Below, in pieces: positions 13,165 through 26,400 of a stretch of DNA of 64,000 nt. The notes under the pieces are model-generated. The model was not told the DNA's origin and made no database searches. It saw only the letters and a list, made by a program, of their open reading frames with translations. The DNA lies in NCBI GenBank assembly GCA_030141605.1, contig JAQGDQ010001026.1, positions 5,273 to 69,272 of the forward strand. The letters run 5' to 3'. Each line of letters opens with the position of its first letter. The first letter of the stretch is position 1. This DNA is from Tubiluchus corallicola (taxonomy: Eukaryota; Animalia; Priapulida). The translations under genes and the position numbers were made by a program.

Positions 13165-13574
13165 AGTGTTTTGAATGACCCGTGTGAACGGGCTGTTAGT
13201 CTGAACTTCACTGAATAAATGCCAAGATCTCAAGCGAAAATTATTACACAAGTCTGTAGTATTACAAAGTAACTGCATTATGTATTATAATGAACAAATA
13301 ATATGAAACTTATTAGTGAATGCAGGTAACTGTAAAGGTACAAAAGACTAGTAAAAATATATTTCTTAATGAAAAGTATAATAGAAGATGTAAGTTGATC
13401 ATCAAGCATGATTCTTCGTGTACAAATATAGACTTCTATTTAAAGGCAGTCCATCAAGGCCATTCTGATGTATAAGCATTTTGTAATAACAACAATGATT
13501 TTTACTACTTATTGTGTTGTGCACAAAGCAAATGCTCTTAATAATGGTTCTTAATAATACTTATGGCCTTAATG

Positions 13575-14073
13575 CTGGGGTGTGCAAATTGCGGCCCGCG
13601 GGCCACTTGCGGCACGCCGAGAGAATTTGTGCGGCCCGCGAAGAGATTTGTCAACCTATTGAAAGTGCGGCCCGGGCGATTAATTGAGTGTATTCAGCTG
13701 AAGTCTGTGCCATGATCCCAAAGATAGTGCGGGTAGTTTTTTCTACTAGATCGGATGCCATTAACCCTTACAAGCCGGTTGTAGCTTAATAACACTGTAC
13801 TACACAGACTGTGTGATACACATTACTAATATGCATTGTATTGAAATTACCACTATCTGTCCTGAAAGTAGAAATATATGGTTTGTAATATAAATTTTAG
13901 TAACTTCTAATACAGTTTCTTGAGTGTAGTAGTAATGATGTACGCAGGTCGGATGCAAAAAAATCGTTATTAGGCCTTTCTGTACTTGGCTCCTTGATCA
14001 AACTGCCGGTGGCCGCAGGAATTGCGGGAAAGTTTAGTGTGGCCCGGCTAGTCAGATAATTTGCACACCCCTG
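13575..14073 (+). mobile_element. hAT MITE family A
   Basis: TIRs; perfect 8-bp TSD ccttaatg. Confidence 0.88.
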
Positions 14074-14234
14074 CCTTAATGTAACTGGTAGCAGCTAAGT
14101 ATAGTACAGTAAATTCTGTCAAACAAAAGAAATATTAGTTTAAATAAATATTTTATGGTAATATGTTAAATGATCTAAATAAGTTAAAGCTACACTCGAC
14201 TGGAACTGCTGAGACTAAGCAATGCAATAGTTAA

Positions 14235-14662
14235 CCCTTTCATATCCGTTGTATCCCATTCTCTGCGTTTAAAATTAATAAAATTTTAAAACTGAGAGTT
14301 ATTTGATCTGTTAATAGTTATTTTGATTTAAGCCAATAACAATAGAGTAAAACTGGTGATAAAATCGTAAACTAGAAAATCTACATAACATAAGGTACAG
14401 TACTTTAGAGACGACTTTGTACAGATCAGCGTAGCATACATACTAAATGTCTTAAATACTTTAAAAAATTATCAGCATTTGCTTTTTATCATGTTTAGCA
14501 ACCATTGAATCCCAATGTATCCCGTGGGATACAGGCTATATTTAGCACACGGGAACAGGTAGAAAAAAATAGTTATTATGTGTGCACAAGATGGACATAC
14601 TGAACAAAAGTACCAAGCCAAAATATTTTTTCTTATTAAAAAATAATTTGGGACTGAAAGGG
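14235..14662. mobile_element. piggyBac-type MITE
   Basis: TTAA|CCCTTTCA ... TGAAAGGG|TTAA. Confidence 0.75.
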
Positions 14663-14752
14663 TTAAACAAAGTCTGTCCCAATGCATGATGATTTTCCTA
14701 TGTTAGTTTACAATATCACAGTTATCTGGTGTTGCTGGTGCTAGACAATAAG

Positions 14753-15694
14753 CTACCGATGGCCATAAAAGTGATCAGTATCAACATCTGGGCCTGTAAA
14801 ATTTTGATTTGGTGACAACGTGTTCGGATCGTGTTCACGAAAACAAAACCTGATGGTTGCACCTTGCATCTTTCTGCCATACTCTCCAGCCCAGAATTGT
14901 GTGTCACGTCCATGGTGCACAAATCGCACATACCGCACACCACAAGGATAGTCCCTAAATATATATTTCACCTGACTCCATGCTCCCCCTTCCCATTGTC
15001 CCTCTCTGAGAATTCCTGAGAAAAATCCGGCTAAAATTCGACACTGAGCATCAAGCAAACTTGCACGTAGGTAGTATCTGCTACCACAATCCCAGCGACC
15101 GGCATGCCATTCAGAGACCTCTATTGGCGGCTTACATTTGTCTAGTGTTTCTCTGTCACACCCTTCGGCAAGTAGGTCTACTGTTTGTTCCTTTATAGCA
15201 TCTCTAAAAGACGTTACAAAGCAAGTGTCATGGCCTTGTTCAAATAATGGGAAAGACTGACAACCATGTAGACCAGTTTCTATTTTCCAAAGGGCTGCCT
15301 GGTGGTGTGCATTTGCTGCTACACTCCACCCACTAAAACCATCTTTACCACTTGGATTTCTAATCAAGTTTCTCCCATAGGGGTCTTTAAAATAAATCTT
15401 CATAAAGTGACTAACTTTGGTAAGATTAAGCTTGGCTGGAATAGTACATTTAGCTTGGTGACATTTGGTTTTCCATAAGTGGACAGAAATATTGATGTCA
15501 TGATGCCACTGTTTACAAACTAATGTGCATGATTTCAACAATACATGTCCTGGCACAAATGACAGAATGTGAATTAAAATTTCACTAGGTAAATCTTGTA
15601 CTTGTGGGAAGTAGTCAGCGCAATCATCCTCTGCTCCATCGTGTTGCATATTCTTCCTAGTCGTTTGTTTTTTAACTCCTAGTGACTGTCCCAT
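14753..15694 (-). CDS. Intronless F-box protein with FBA/sugar-binding domain (FBXO2/6/27/44 Fbs family), ~313 aa
   Basis: F-box LPSEILIHILSFVP..LVCKQWH..LWK; FBA motifs RNLIRNPSG, FVTSF, KEQTVDL, RWDCG, VRYVRFVHHGRDTQFWAGEYG. First in-frame ATG is at 15694 (MGQSLG); the listed ORF starts at a TTG at 15769. Confidence 0.9.
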   Translation of the reverse strand: MGQSLGVKKQTTRKNMQHDGAEDDCADYFPQVQDLPSEILIHILSFVPGHVLLKSCTLVCKQWHHDINISVHLWKTKCHQAKCTIPAKLNLTKVSHFMKIYFKDPYGRNLIRNPSGKDGFSGWSVAANAHHQAALWKIETGLHGCQSFPLFEQGHDTCFVTSFRDAIKEQTVDLLAEGCDRETLDKCKPPIEVSEWHAGRWDCGSRYYLRASLLDAQCRILAGFFSGILREGQWEGGAWSQVKYIFRDYPCGVRYVRFVHHGRDTQFWAGEYGRKMQGATIRFCFREHDPNTLSPNQNFTGPDVDTDHFYGHR

Positions 15695-16792
15695 TACGTC
15701 ACTAATAATTATTGTAAGTGAACTACACTTGCGTGAACACGCCAAGTCATACACAGTTACAATTGTCAATAATGAATGAATTTTGCAAACTCATTACAAC
15801 ACAAGTCTTCATCTGTTTTCCACAACGCGCGTTTTTTTCTTCTAATCTTTCTTTTGCTTCATCTAATAAACAATTCAATCAAACATCTTTCAGATGAATC
15901 GGAATTACTGTTTTTTTTTCGTTGTTGGACCAACGGCCTTGATTCTTCGACTGCTTTCGTAAGAAACGTACTACAGCACATGACCATTATTATCTATGTT
16001 TCCTGGTTCTTTGCTTTTGTCCGACTGCCTGTCTAGCGTGTGCACCGCGGTGCTATTCGATTCAGTTCAACTTCTTTTCAGTCAACCCTTACGCAGTTTT
16101 TGCACTCTGTAATACGCCAAAACACATGCAATGATGCTTAATTTACACACCGTATGTATATTATTTAAAATATCTCTTACAAAATATGCTGGTACACCAG
16201 CTTGTGACGTGTGCAAATTGTGCATGAGTTTACATAATTACAATATACATACGTACAAAATCGTTTAATTGCAACAAAGCTATGCAATTTGCTTTTAATT
16301 TGAATACATATTTCGCAACTTGAATTAAATTACAGTAGTATTAATTTTCAGGACTCAATCAAAACTGCAGGGCCTGCATAAAGTGTATTTGGCAGGGGGA
16401 GGTTTTGGTGGTTTTTAAATTATCTAGCACAGGTGCAAAAGCAGTTTGGTATGTGGACTACTAATGTGTTATAACTAGTAAATAGGATTGGAAATATGAA
16501 CTAAGATTACCTTTTTCCTAACTAAGATGTGCAAGAACATGATTGTAGTTGCGCAACGTAACCCATGACCAACCATGTGTGTATGCAGGCACATGTAACT
16601 ACGTAATGGCATAGTTTTACAGAAGTTCTCAACAGGCAGTGTTGCCTGTAATCCAGGAAATGAACCTACCATATGAGTATCAGCTAGAAGATACTGTACA
16701 GGTTTTACCAGCATATTTCTACCATGGGTTTTGTACATTGATATCAAAGATTATCAAGCATTAATTTTGTCATTGTTTTTATTGTTGTTCAA

Positions 16793-17008
<216 letters not shown>

Positions 17009-17970
17009 TTAATTTTTATTATTACGATTGCCTGCTTGTCTGAAAGTCAACAAAGTCTGAGTTTTGATTAAGTGTAGCACTTTCGAGCTTTCAGGTATAA
17101 TCCTATGGATGTAGAATGGTAACACGCAAGTATAAAGTCATGTATGTATTTTTAAGTTGTTGGTAATTGACCTGATGACCAACAGAATAGAATAGAAAAA
17201 ATAAATTTATTTTACAACAATTAATACGACCAATACAAAAAACATTAATAATAATAATAAGTTTGTAGTAACTAAGGAGGCAGAATGATAAAGTGCTATC
17301 TACAGACTATACAGTCTTTCTCCTACAGGTGGCTACTGTAACTGACAATATCATTTTATAACAATATATAATTCATTTGACAATCAAATTTTAATATTTG
17401 GAAAACTTTAAAATTTAAGATACAACTACTACATCACTGTGGTTCAACGATAGGTAAATACTTGAACAATGAACATTTTGAAAAAATGAAAAGCTCTGAA
17501 CCTATACATAAACAATTATAGTTAAAAATGATTTGTTAGTGAGAATAGTGGAACTTCTGAGTGAATTACTAAAGATTTGCTAGGCGTGGCTTCACGCTGT
17601 AATCCAACCAGCATCATTTTTTAAATATGTCCCGTGCGAGATCTGTTTGTCTTGAGACAAGAACTTAAAATAATTTCTTTTGCTTTTTCGAAAAAAAAGG
17701 CGCATATTGAGTAGTAATTTCAATATTTTTAATTGTATCTTAAAATCAAATAAATGTTGTTCGAGCGTTAGCTTTTCCTTTAACGCAGATGTTTTTCATC
17801 CACACATGGCTGAGTCACTCTTAGTAATTGCCCAACCAAAGATGTGGCCATGACCCAAACAATAAAATACTTTCCACGGTTGTGGACAGATGGCGGAACG
17901 AAATTTGTGTGAATCTGCGTTCTGCAAAGCTAATAAATTCTGTACTTTTTTCTGTAAATTTTCAACCAAA

Positions 17971-20748
17971 ATGAAACTGTTTTTATGCGTTTGCTTCATA
18001 TTAGCTGGATTGTTATGTGTAGTTTATGCTCAACTAGATGATCCTTATAGAATTTTGGGTGTTAGTAAAACGGCTACTGCTACGGAGATAAAAAGGGCGT
18101 ACAAGAAATTAGCGAAACTTTGGTATGCACTCGCTTCTTTTTAAGTTGAAAGTTTAAGTTGCAGAAGCAACCATGAGCAATTTTTTATGAATATCTTTAC
18201 GAGACCTTTACCATATCGTTGTCTACATAACCCTGGTATTCTCAAGGTGGAAAAACATTTTTTCCATTCTATGTATTTTCTTGTATTAAAATTTTCCATT
18301 ATACTTTAACCCATATTACTTTGCACTTTTTAGTACTGAAATTTCATTTGCCAACTTCTAGTCAATTCTGGTAGGCTGTTCAAATCTGCTTGAAGTTTTT
18401 CAGCATCTCATAGAACCGATTTCACTAAATATATTTGCACCGCCTGCATATTGTCAGTCATATTGTACTTTGTGTCACGTCTGGCTTATTGTTTATATAG
18501 CAGATAAACGAAATGGGTCCTAATACGTTGCCTTGTGAAATACCTGACAAGACTGTTACCCATGTTGAAAATGAGTTATTTACTTTCATTCTTTCATTAT
18601 GGTTGCAAACGAAATCTTTAATCCAGTTATAAATCTTCCCCGTGATAAGTGACTTCTGTAATTTTGAATTGCTTAATGAGAAACACTATCACAGACCTTT
18701 GCAAAATCTGAGTAAATTGTATCCAGTACAGCTCCACAGTATAGCAGGTGTGTGGCACACCCTCTACGCCTTACAAAGCCATGCTGTATCTTTGATTTTG
18801 TGACATCAATCGTTTACAAAATGTTTTTTCCAATATTTTACTTAAGACTGACACTAGGTTTACCGGTCTAATTCCTCTTATCATTTTTATTATCTTTATT
18901 ATGAAATAAAATGTCTTTGTTGCGTACGTGATTTAATGTTTTTGCAGTTCTCTTGTTCTTTTATTTTTTCAGGCACCCAGATAAAAACGATGACTCTTCG
19001 GCACAGGAGAAATTTATTGAAATCAACGAAGCCTACCAGGTTTGTGATTGTGAAGTTTGCAAATTTTGTCAGACTTGTAAATATTCTGTTATTTGATTTA
19101 CCGTATTTATTCGAGTATAACGCGCACACTTGTATAATGCGCACCCCTAATTTTCGATTAAAAATCGGTATAAAATTTTCTTTCGCTTTTTCTCGGCTCA
19201 GTCCAAGTATTGTAAGCGACAAACGTTGTTGAACATGTGCTGAACATGTGCGTTATTGAACAACTCCAGTCTCTAGTCTCAGTGAATTGTCGGCTAGCTG
19301 CTCGATTTCCGTGGGCCAGGCACCGTCTGACAAAATCTGCTGGTATTGATACATCTAAGCATGTCAGCCCAGCCCTGGTTTATAACGCGCACCCAAACAC
19401 TGAGTTCTTTTTTAGGTAGAACATTTTGCGCGTTATACTCGAATAAATACGGTATCATAAAGTTTTGGCAATGCTGAATCACTGCTGAATATTTTTGAGA
19501 AAAAAACGAGTTTTCCTGTGCTTAGTATTTGTTGGCAAGTTTGTGCTACTAATGCTGAACACCGTCATTTTCTGGAAACACAATCTTATAAAAAATATGA
19601 AATGTGCATGATTACAAAAATATGTAGATAGAAACATTGATTTTATTGTCCTGCTTCAGAATCGTGTTTCACAACAGGTTTACATACTTCAACACTTACA
19701 ATGTTTCAAAATTCTAGTCAATGGTAACATCAACATTAGCCACTTCGCTACTAATTACTATGCATATAGCGACATTTTAAAACCATCATCATCCAATGAA
19801 TCATACGTCCAGGGACATGATTCTGCTCACCTCCCTCTGCCAGGACTCCCTGCTTGCCGCAATGCCCCAAGTGCATTTATTTCTAAGGATCAATGCTGAA
19901 GTGTTTAAATCTTTCTGTGCAAAATCTAAATATGTTAACATTTGTCCACCTGCAGGTTTCCTAGCTGGTTCTATGGCTTGTTGAAGAGCTATCTTCACTG
20001 GAATATCATCAGATAGTCTAAGCATATGCCCAATCCATCTTAAACGGGGTCTTATTATTTTTCTTGTCCAAGGTTCTTCTTTTATTTTTTGATATAGATC
20101 TTTGTTTGAAATTTTCTTTGGCCATCTAATACCCAAAATGTTTCTGTAATTTCTCCTTTGAAACGCATCGATTTCAGCTTTATGATTTGCTTTTAATGTC
20201 CAGAGCTCAGAGTTATACAGAAATACAGTTTCAACTAAGGCTGAGAATATTCTAATTTTTGTTTCCAAAGAAATCTTCCTATTCTCAAAAACTTTTGTGA
20301 GTTTAATGACGTTTAAAGACAACCTACAGTAACATTCACACACACACATACACAAAATCAAATTTACAGCCCATTTTTAAATAACTTAATTACAGTAATG
20401 TGAAACAAACACAAGTATTTAAGTACTACATACCTGTATGCATGCCTAATCATAAGTTAGAAATATTTACAGGCAAAGGCTTTACGTACAGTGATAATTT
20501 ACATCGACTGTGAATTGGATAAGTTGTTAAGTTAATAACAACCGACATTCCTGCATTGCACTGTTTGATTTAATCACTGAAAAAACAATGATGTGTTGCA
20601 CATCAGTGGCACAACTTAATAAAAATTAAGACCCCTGTCACAGAATTGAACATTGGCTAACAAGTATCAGCTAAAGACTGAAGGGAAAGTAAACTGTATG
20701 ATGTCGTAAATATGGTGCAGCATGAGTCCTGTATGGTATGCAGATCAC

Positions 20749-20814
<66 letters not shown>

Positions 20815-21047
20815 CCTTAATAATAATATGCTAATAATAATACCGATTTATGATTTTATAAGAATTACAGCTTCTCCCAGCACAATATTTAGAATATACA
20901 GAGATCAATTATCAAATTAGCAATTCATCACTTTTTATAATGTGTTTATCAAACAAGAACATTAAATGCAAAATATTGTTCACATTATAGAAATGCCCTC
21001 TTCTCTTTCTCTCCCCCCTCTCTCTCTCACTCTCTCTCTCTCTCTTG

Positions 21048-21109
<62 letters not shown>

Positions 21110-23370
21110 ACCTCCCTCCCTCCCTCTCTCTCTCTCGTTCTCTCCCTCTTTCACTTGCTGTTCATAATTATTTTTTCTTTTCGATTTCTCTGTGTTTTTT
21201 AAACTGACTCATTTACTTTGTTAAAGCAAAAGCAGACCCAATCTTTGAGCAGGTCAAAACAATCTACTCTTTAAAATATTGAAAGAAAACATACTATTTT
21301 TTCAAAAAATGACTTACGTGAAAGAATTATTACCACACAAACACAATTTTGCCTTCGCGCCACTAGTTCTTTGCTGTTACATGCATTTCGCCATTCGCTA
21401 GTTAGACAGGCACTAGCGTCTGCATTTCGGAAACGCATTACACAAAAACAGGTGCTGTACCTTTGCTCAGTTCAGATGTGTTAGTTTGTGACGAGCTAGA
21501 CATGTTCAACAGCACATGGCGTAAACACAGCGGTAAATTTGAAATTTGAATTTTTATCTTAAAATTTGCCAAGTTTTAATACAACACACTGAATATCTTA
21601 TAGTAGCTCTGTGCTTCAATTTTCGCTTTTGCAAACACGTGCAACACGCTCGTGGAATATTTTTGCTGTTGAAAATTATGTTGGTTTGCGATGTCATCAA
21701 TAGTTGGGCTCGCCAACCATTAATTAAGTTTTTAATTGATTATTTAATTATCAGAAACGCTTTTGCAGTATTGATTGTGTTAAAATGTATACTTTTTATC
21801 GGACTTGAAAATGGAGTAGTGTATGAAAAATCATCATCATCATTTTCATTTTCAGCTCTTATCTGACCCAGAACGAAGGCGGGACTATGACAATTTTGGA
21901 TACACCACGGAACAGCCACAGCGAAGAGGCGGCGGAGGACATCCATTTGGATTTGATCCGTTTGAAAGTTTCTTTCAATTTCGGGGAGGAAACGGTTTTC
22001 ATTTTAAATTTTCTAACGGAAGAAGTGGTAGCACAGTTTTCTCTGAGCATCGCATAAATTACTGGTCAGTACTAGCTAAAACTGGCTTTCATAAATGTAA
22101 TAAAATTTTACATTTCTAAGTTGCTAATTAAAAATTGAATTGATGTTATGAATTGCGAAGAAGGTTATTTGAAGTGTTAGTTGTAACACGTATACAACTG
22201 TGTTCTGTAATGCGATTCAGATGGAAGTTAATGAAGACCTGTTTATGGCAGCTATGAACCAGGTCTTTCTCTTAGTACTTTATATTACTGGCCACTAGGC
22301 CTGTCACCATGCATCGTGATACGTTTTGGGACGATGTGTGTATCGTCAAAGTGAGCCAGTATCGCAACAATCTGTGGTTTGAAGAAACCAAAAAACTTGA
22401 AATTTAGTTTTAAGATTTTATTCTGAAATGTCTACATAAACAGTGAAGTAGTGTCATGTTGAAAAGCAGAAAACCAAGTGACCAAAAACTACAAGTGAAA
22501 TCATTTAGGTGTGAAAACAGGTTTAGAGATTATGCATTCATAAAGACTGTAGAAGCCAATGAAAATTTAAACAGTAAAGAGAAAGATTTAACAATTTTAA
22601 CAAGAATACCTGAAGGTGGCAGCACTATCCAAACCCAAAAACGTATGATGACAATACAACATAAATTTAAATTTAGAGTAATTAAAATGATTTTCTTTTG
22701 TCCAATCTGAATCACTGATATTTAACATAACGTTGACTGTCCGTTACAGCCCTACTGGTCACTAATTTTTAATTCTTCAAGATTAATTGTTGGTTAATTG
22801 ATTGAGAATTTCAGAGTTGATAGTGATATACTTTATAAGGTCTCATGCGGTACTTCTAATGTAAAATTGGTTTGGTTTTTACGCTTTAGGACTTACGAAA
22901 ACCAAATTTTGCCAAAGAGTCAGCAAAAGCCTTATGCAGTGTTCATTTATGGTGACTGGTGTATGTTATGCATGCAAGCCGAGCCGTTGTGGGAGCGTCT
23001 AACTAAAGATCTGGAAGCTATTGGTGCGTACTTTCATTTATTTGCCGAGGTTTTAAAAACGTGCATGCATTTTTTAGGTCGTAAAATTTGTGCAAATCTT
23101 GTTTCATTTTTTTATAATTGCCTTGAGAAACATCGTGTCGTCTAAAAAAAAACTAAAATTTCTAAACCTGGTGATAGAAATTTTTGATCGAATTATCTTT
23201 AGTGTGTGTGGACTTCTAAAGACACAGCTTATCACACGTCATTGTTTGCTGTTATGCTCTTTCCACTTTATACTGCCATTGTTAGCTAAGTCTTATTTTC
23301 ATTGTATATACACACGCACGCGCACACGCACAAATGCACACACACGCACGCACGCACGCACACACACACA

Positions 23371-23458
<88 letters not shown>

Positions 23459-26400
23459 TTTAGAGACTACTACTTCATGATGCCCAAAGTCCAAAATTCA
23501 TGTTTGAGTAGCTTTATTACGTTTTATCTGTAAAAAAATCATAACAAAATACAACAAACTAATTTGAGCCCAAAAAGAAACAAGGAAATTAATAATAAAG
23601 TGAGACTGAATAATCAAAATAAACTTACATCATGGCTCTACTACTCTTGACAAATAAATGGTTTAACTGAGACAGACAACAACAACTCTCTTAGCCAAGA
23701 ACAGACTGCCAACTAGCCAGGTAAACTAGCTCTGTCAGTAGAGCATGACAAAAAGAAGCCAAGTCAAGACTTACATATATGAATGCAGTTAAAAAGGACA
23801 GTATAGGGGGTTTACAGAATGAGAGAACACTGAAGTGATAAAATAACCTAAAATCCTTCACACCGCCCCCTTAAATGCGACTTTAATTACATACCAGTTG
23901 ATGAGAATTTCTGTGCTTTTTTACTGATTTAAGAGCTTTAGATAATGCTTATAAGAAGCGCATACTTCTTAGCCAATCTTAATGCGTAATCAGTCCATTG
24001 GATGTCCATCTTGTTTCTTTGATAAATGGATGGAATTGCTTTATCACTTACACGCACGCACGCACGCACACACGCACACACACACCAGTCCAATGGACGT
24101 CCATCTTATTTCTTTGATAAATGGATGGAATTGCTTTATCACTTACACGCACGCACGCACGCACACACGCACACACACACCAGTCCAATGGACGTCCATC
24201 TTGGTTCTTTGATAAATGGATGGAATTGCTTACTGTCTGAATAAGTTTGGAGTAAATTAATGAATTTTTAGTGACGCTAGTTTTAACATTAGATATTTGT
24301 TTTACTCATGCTTTGTATTCATGACTCAAACTTCAGGATTTAGTCTGACTCTGGATAAATTTCAGGATTAACAATGATTTTTCCGGATTTCTTTCCAGGT
24401 TTTGGATATGCAGCTATTAACGCACATCAAGATGGTGCTCTGGCCAAAGCGGTGCGCGCTCACCACATTCCCGAAATCGTAGCCGTGGTGAACGGCCGCG
24501 TCTTTCATCAGAAAGACGGCGTGCAGAAATTTTCAACAATCGTGAACTTTCTCAGAAATTCTTTGCCTTACGAAAGCGTGACTTTCTTGCGTAAACAGAG
24601 TTACTTCAAACCGTTTGTCGACAGCAGCGAGGAAAACAAAATCAGGGTGGTGTTCTTTGGGAAATCGGATAAACCAAAGTTGCGATATCTGACCGTAGCG
24701 TTTGCCTATAGAGATTATGCCAAGTTCATGTACGCATTGATAGGTCATCCGGAAATAGAGGATATACAGTCTAAATATGGCATCGACAGCTCCAGAGAAA
24801 CGGTGCTGATTTTTAAGGAGAACCCGGATGTTCCCGCTGCCTCTTTATCCATGCAGGATATTTCCGCAAATTCGTTGCGCGAGTTGGTCGAATCGAATAA
24901 GTTTCTCGTCCTGCCGAGGTTGTCGTCTCAGATGCATTTTGACCTGCTGTGTCCCGTAGAGCCCGTACGACAGCGGAAGCAGTTGTGCGTCGTCTTGGTT
25001 ACCAGTTCTAGTCTTAGAGATAAAGTGCACCGCGATGCTCTACGCGAGTACATTAATCGACAGACCATCGCCACCGATCGGGTGCATTTTGCTTACATTT
25101 ACCGTGACACGCAGCAAGCTTTTGTCAAGTCGTTGGTTAAAGATAGAGACAATATTAATGACAGCGTTCTAGATGTTGCTATACTATGGAGACCATCTGA
25201 GGATAAAATTAAATATGAGTGAGTTTTGTATTTAATGTTTTTGTATTTCATGTTTGTATTTGTATTTTTATCCATGGCCCATATATTGACATGGTAGCCT
25301 GTCATTTAGGTGATTTGTTCAATTCAATTCAAAGGTTTATTCATCTCTAGTATAATATTTATAGCGCAAATACAACAAATTGTGTAAAGTATGTAGAGAT
25401 GGGGTGGCGAAAGACCAGGAGGTCATCGAGTCAGCCACCCCTATATAACTTAGAAATATTATAAAGCACGGCAGACTACATGGTTAAGTGAATAAATACG
25501 TGGTTAGATCTTAAGTGTAGCAAATAAACAAAATGCAAAGCAGTTATATTATAATTATACCAATGGAAAATAAGCAAGCAAATAATGCATTTAAAAATTA
25601 AAACAACAACTGAACAAGTCATGAATGCAACAAGAAAAAAGCAAGCAATCTGATTAAATCATAAATGCAGCGAGTGAACTAAAATGCAGCAAATGAACGA
25701 AAATGTAGTTAAATAATGAATGCACAACATAAAAACAAAAAGAAGAAAATTTGTGCAGTAAGTCTTAAATGTAATAGATTAACAAAAGCAATCAGTAATC
25801 ATAATGTGACAAATTAACACAAATTGACTTTTATTGTCAAGAGAATAATTTTCTTCGGACATTCCATAAAAGTGCTATAGCCTATTGTCTAGTTTAGCAG
25901 TAGGGGTGTGCAAACTGCGGCCCGGGGGCCACTTGCGGCCCGCCGAGAAATCTTGTGCGGCCCGCAAAGAGGTTTGTCAACGTAATGAAAGTGCGGCCCA
26001 CGCGATCCAGCTGAAGTCTGCGCCAATATCGCAAAGATAGTGCGGGTAGTTTTTTCCTCTAGATCGGATGTCATTAACCCTTACAAGACCGTTGTTACTT
26101 AATGTCACCGTCGGACATGACGAAATATATGGTTTTTAATATAAAGTTTAATAACTTCTAAAATAGTTTCTTGAGTGTAGTAGTGCAGTAGTGATGATGT
26201 GCGCAAATCGGATGCAAAAAATCGTTATTAGGTCCTACTGTGCTTGGCTCCTTGACCAAACTGCATGTGGCACACAGGAATTGCGGGAATGTTTAATGTG
26301 GCCCGGCTAGTCAGATAATTTGCACACCCCTGAATTAGTGCGGAGTTATTTGAGTCAATTGCAGACAGTTTTTATATACTTTTGCACAGGAGCGGCCAGT

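Noticed and set aside
15776-16036. Small gene upstream of the F-box gene
   Set aside because: No recognisable motif; the opposite strand is full of stops. Probably UTR or decayed sequence.
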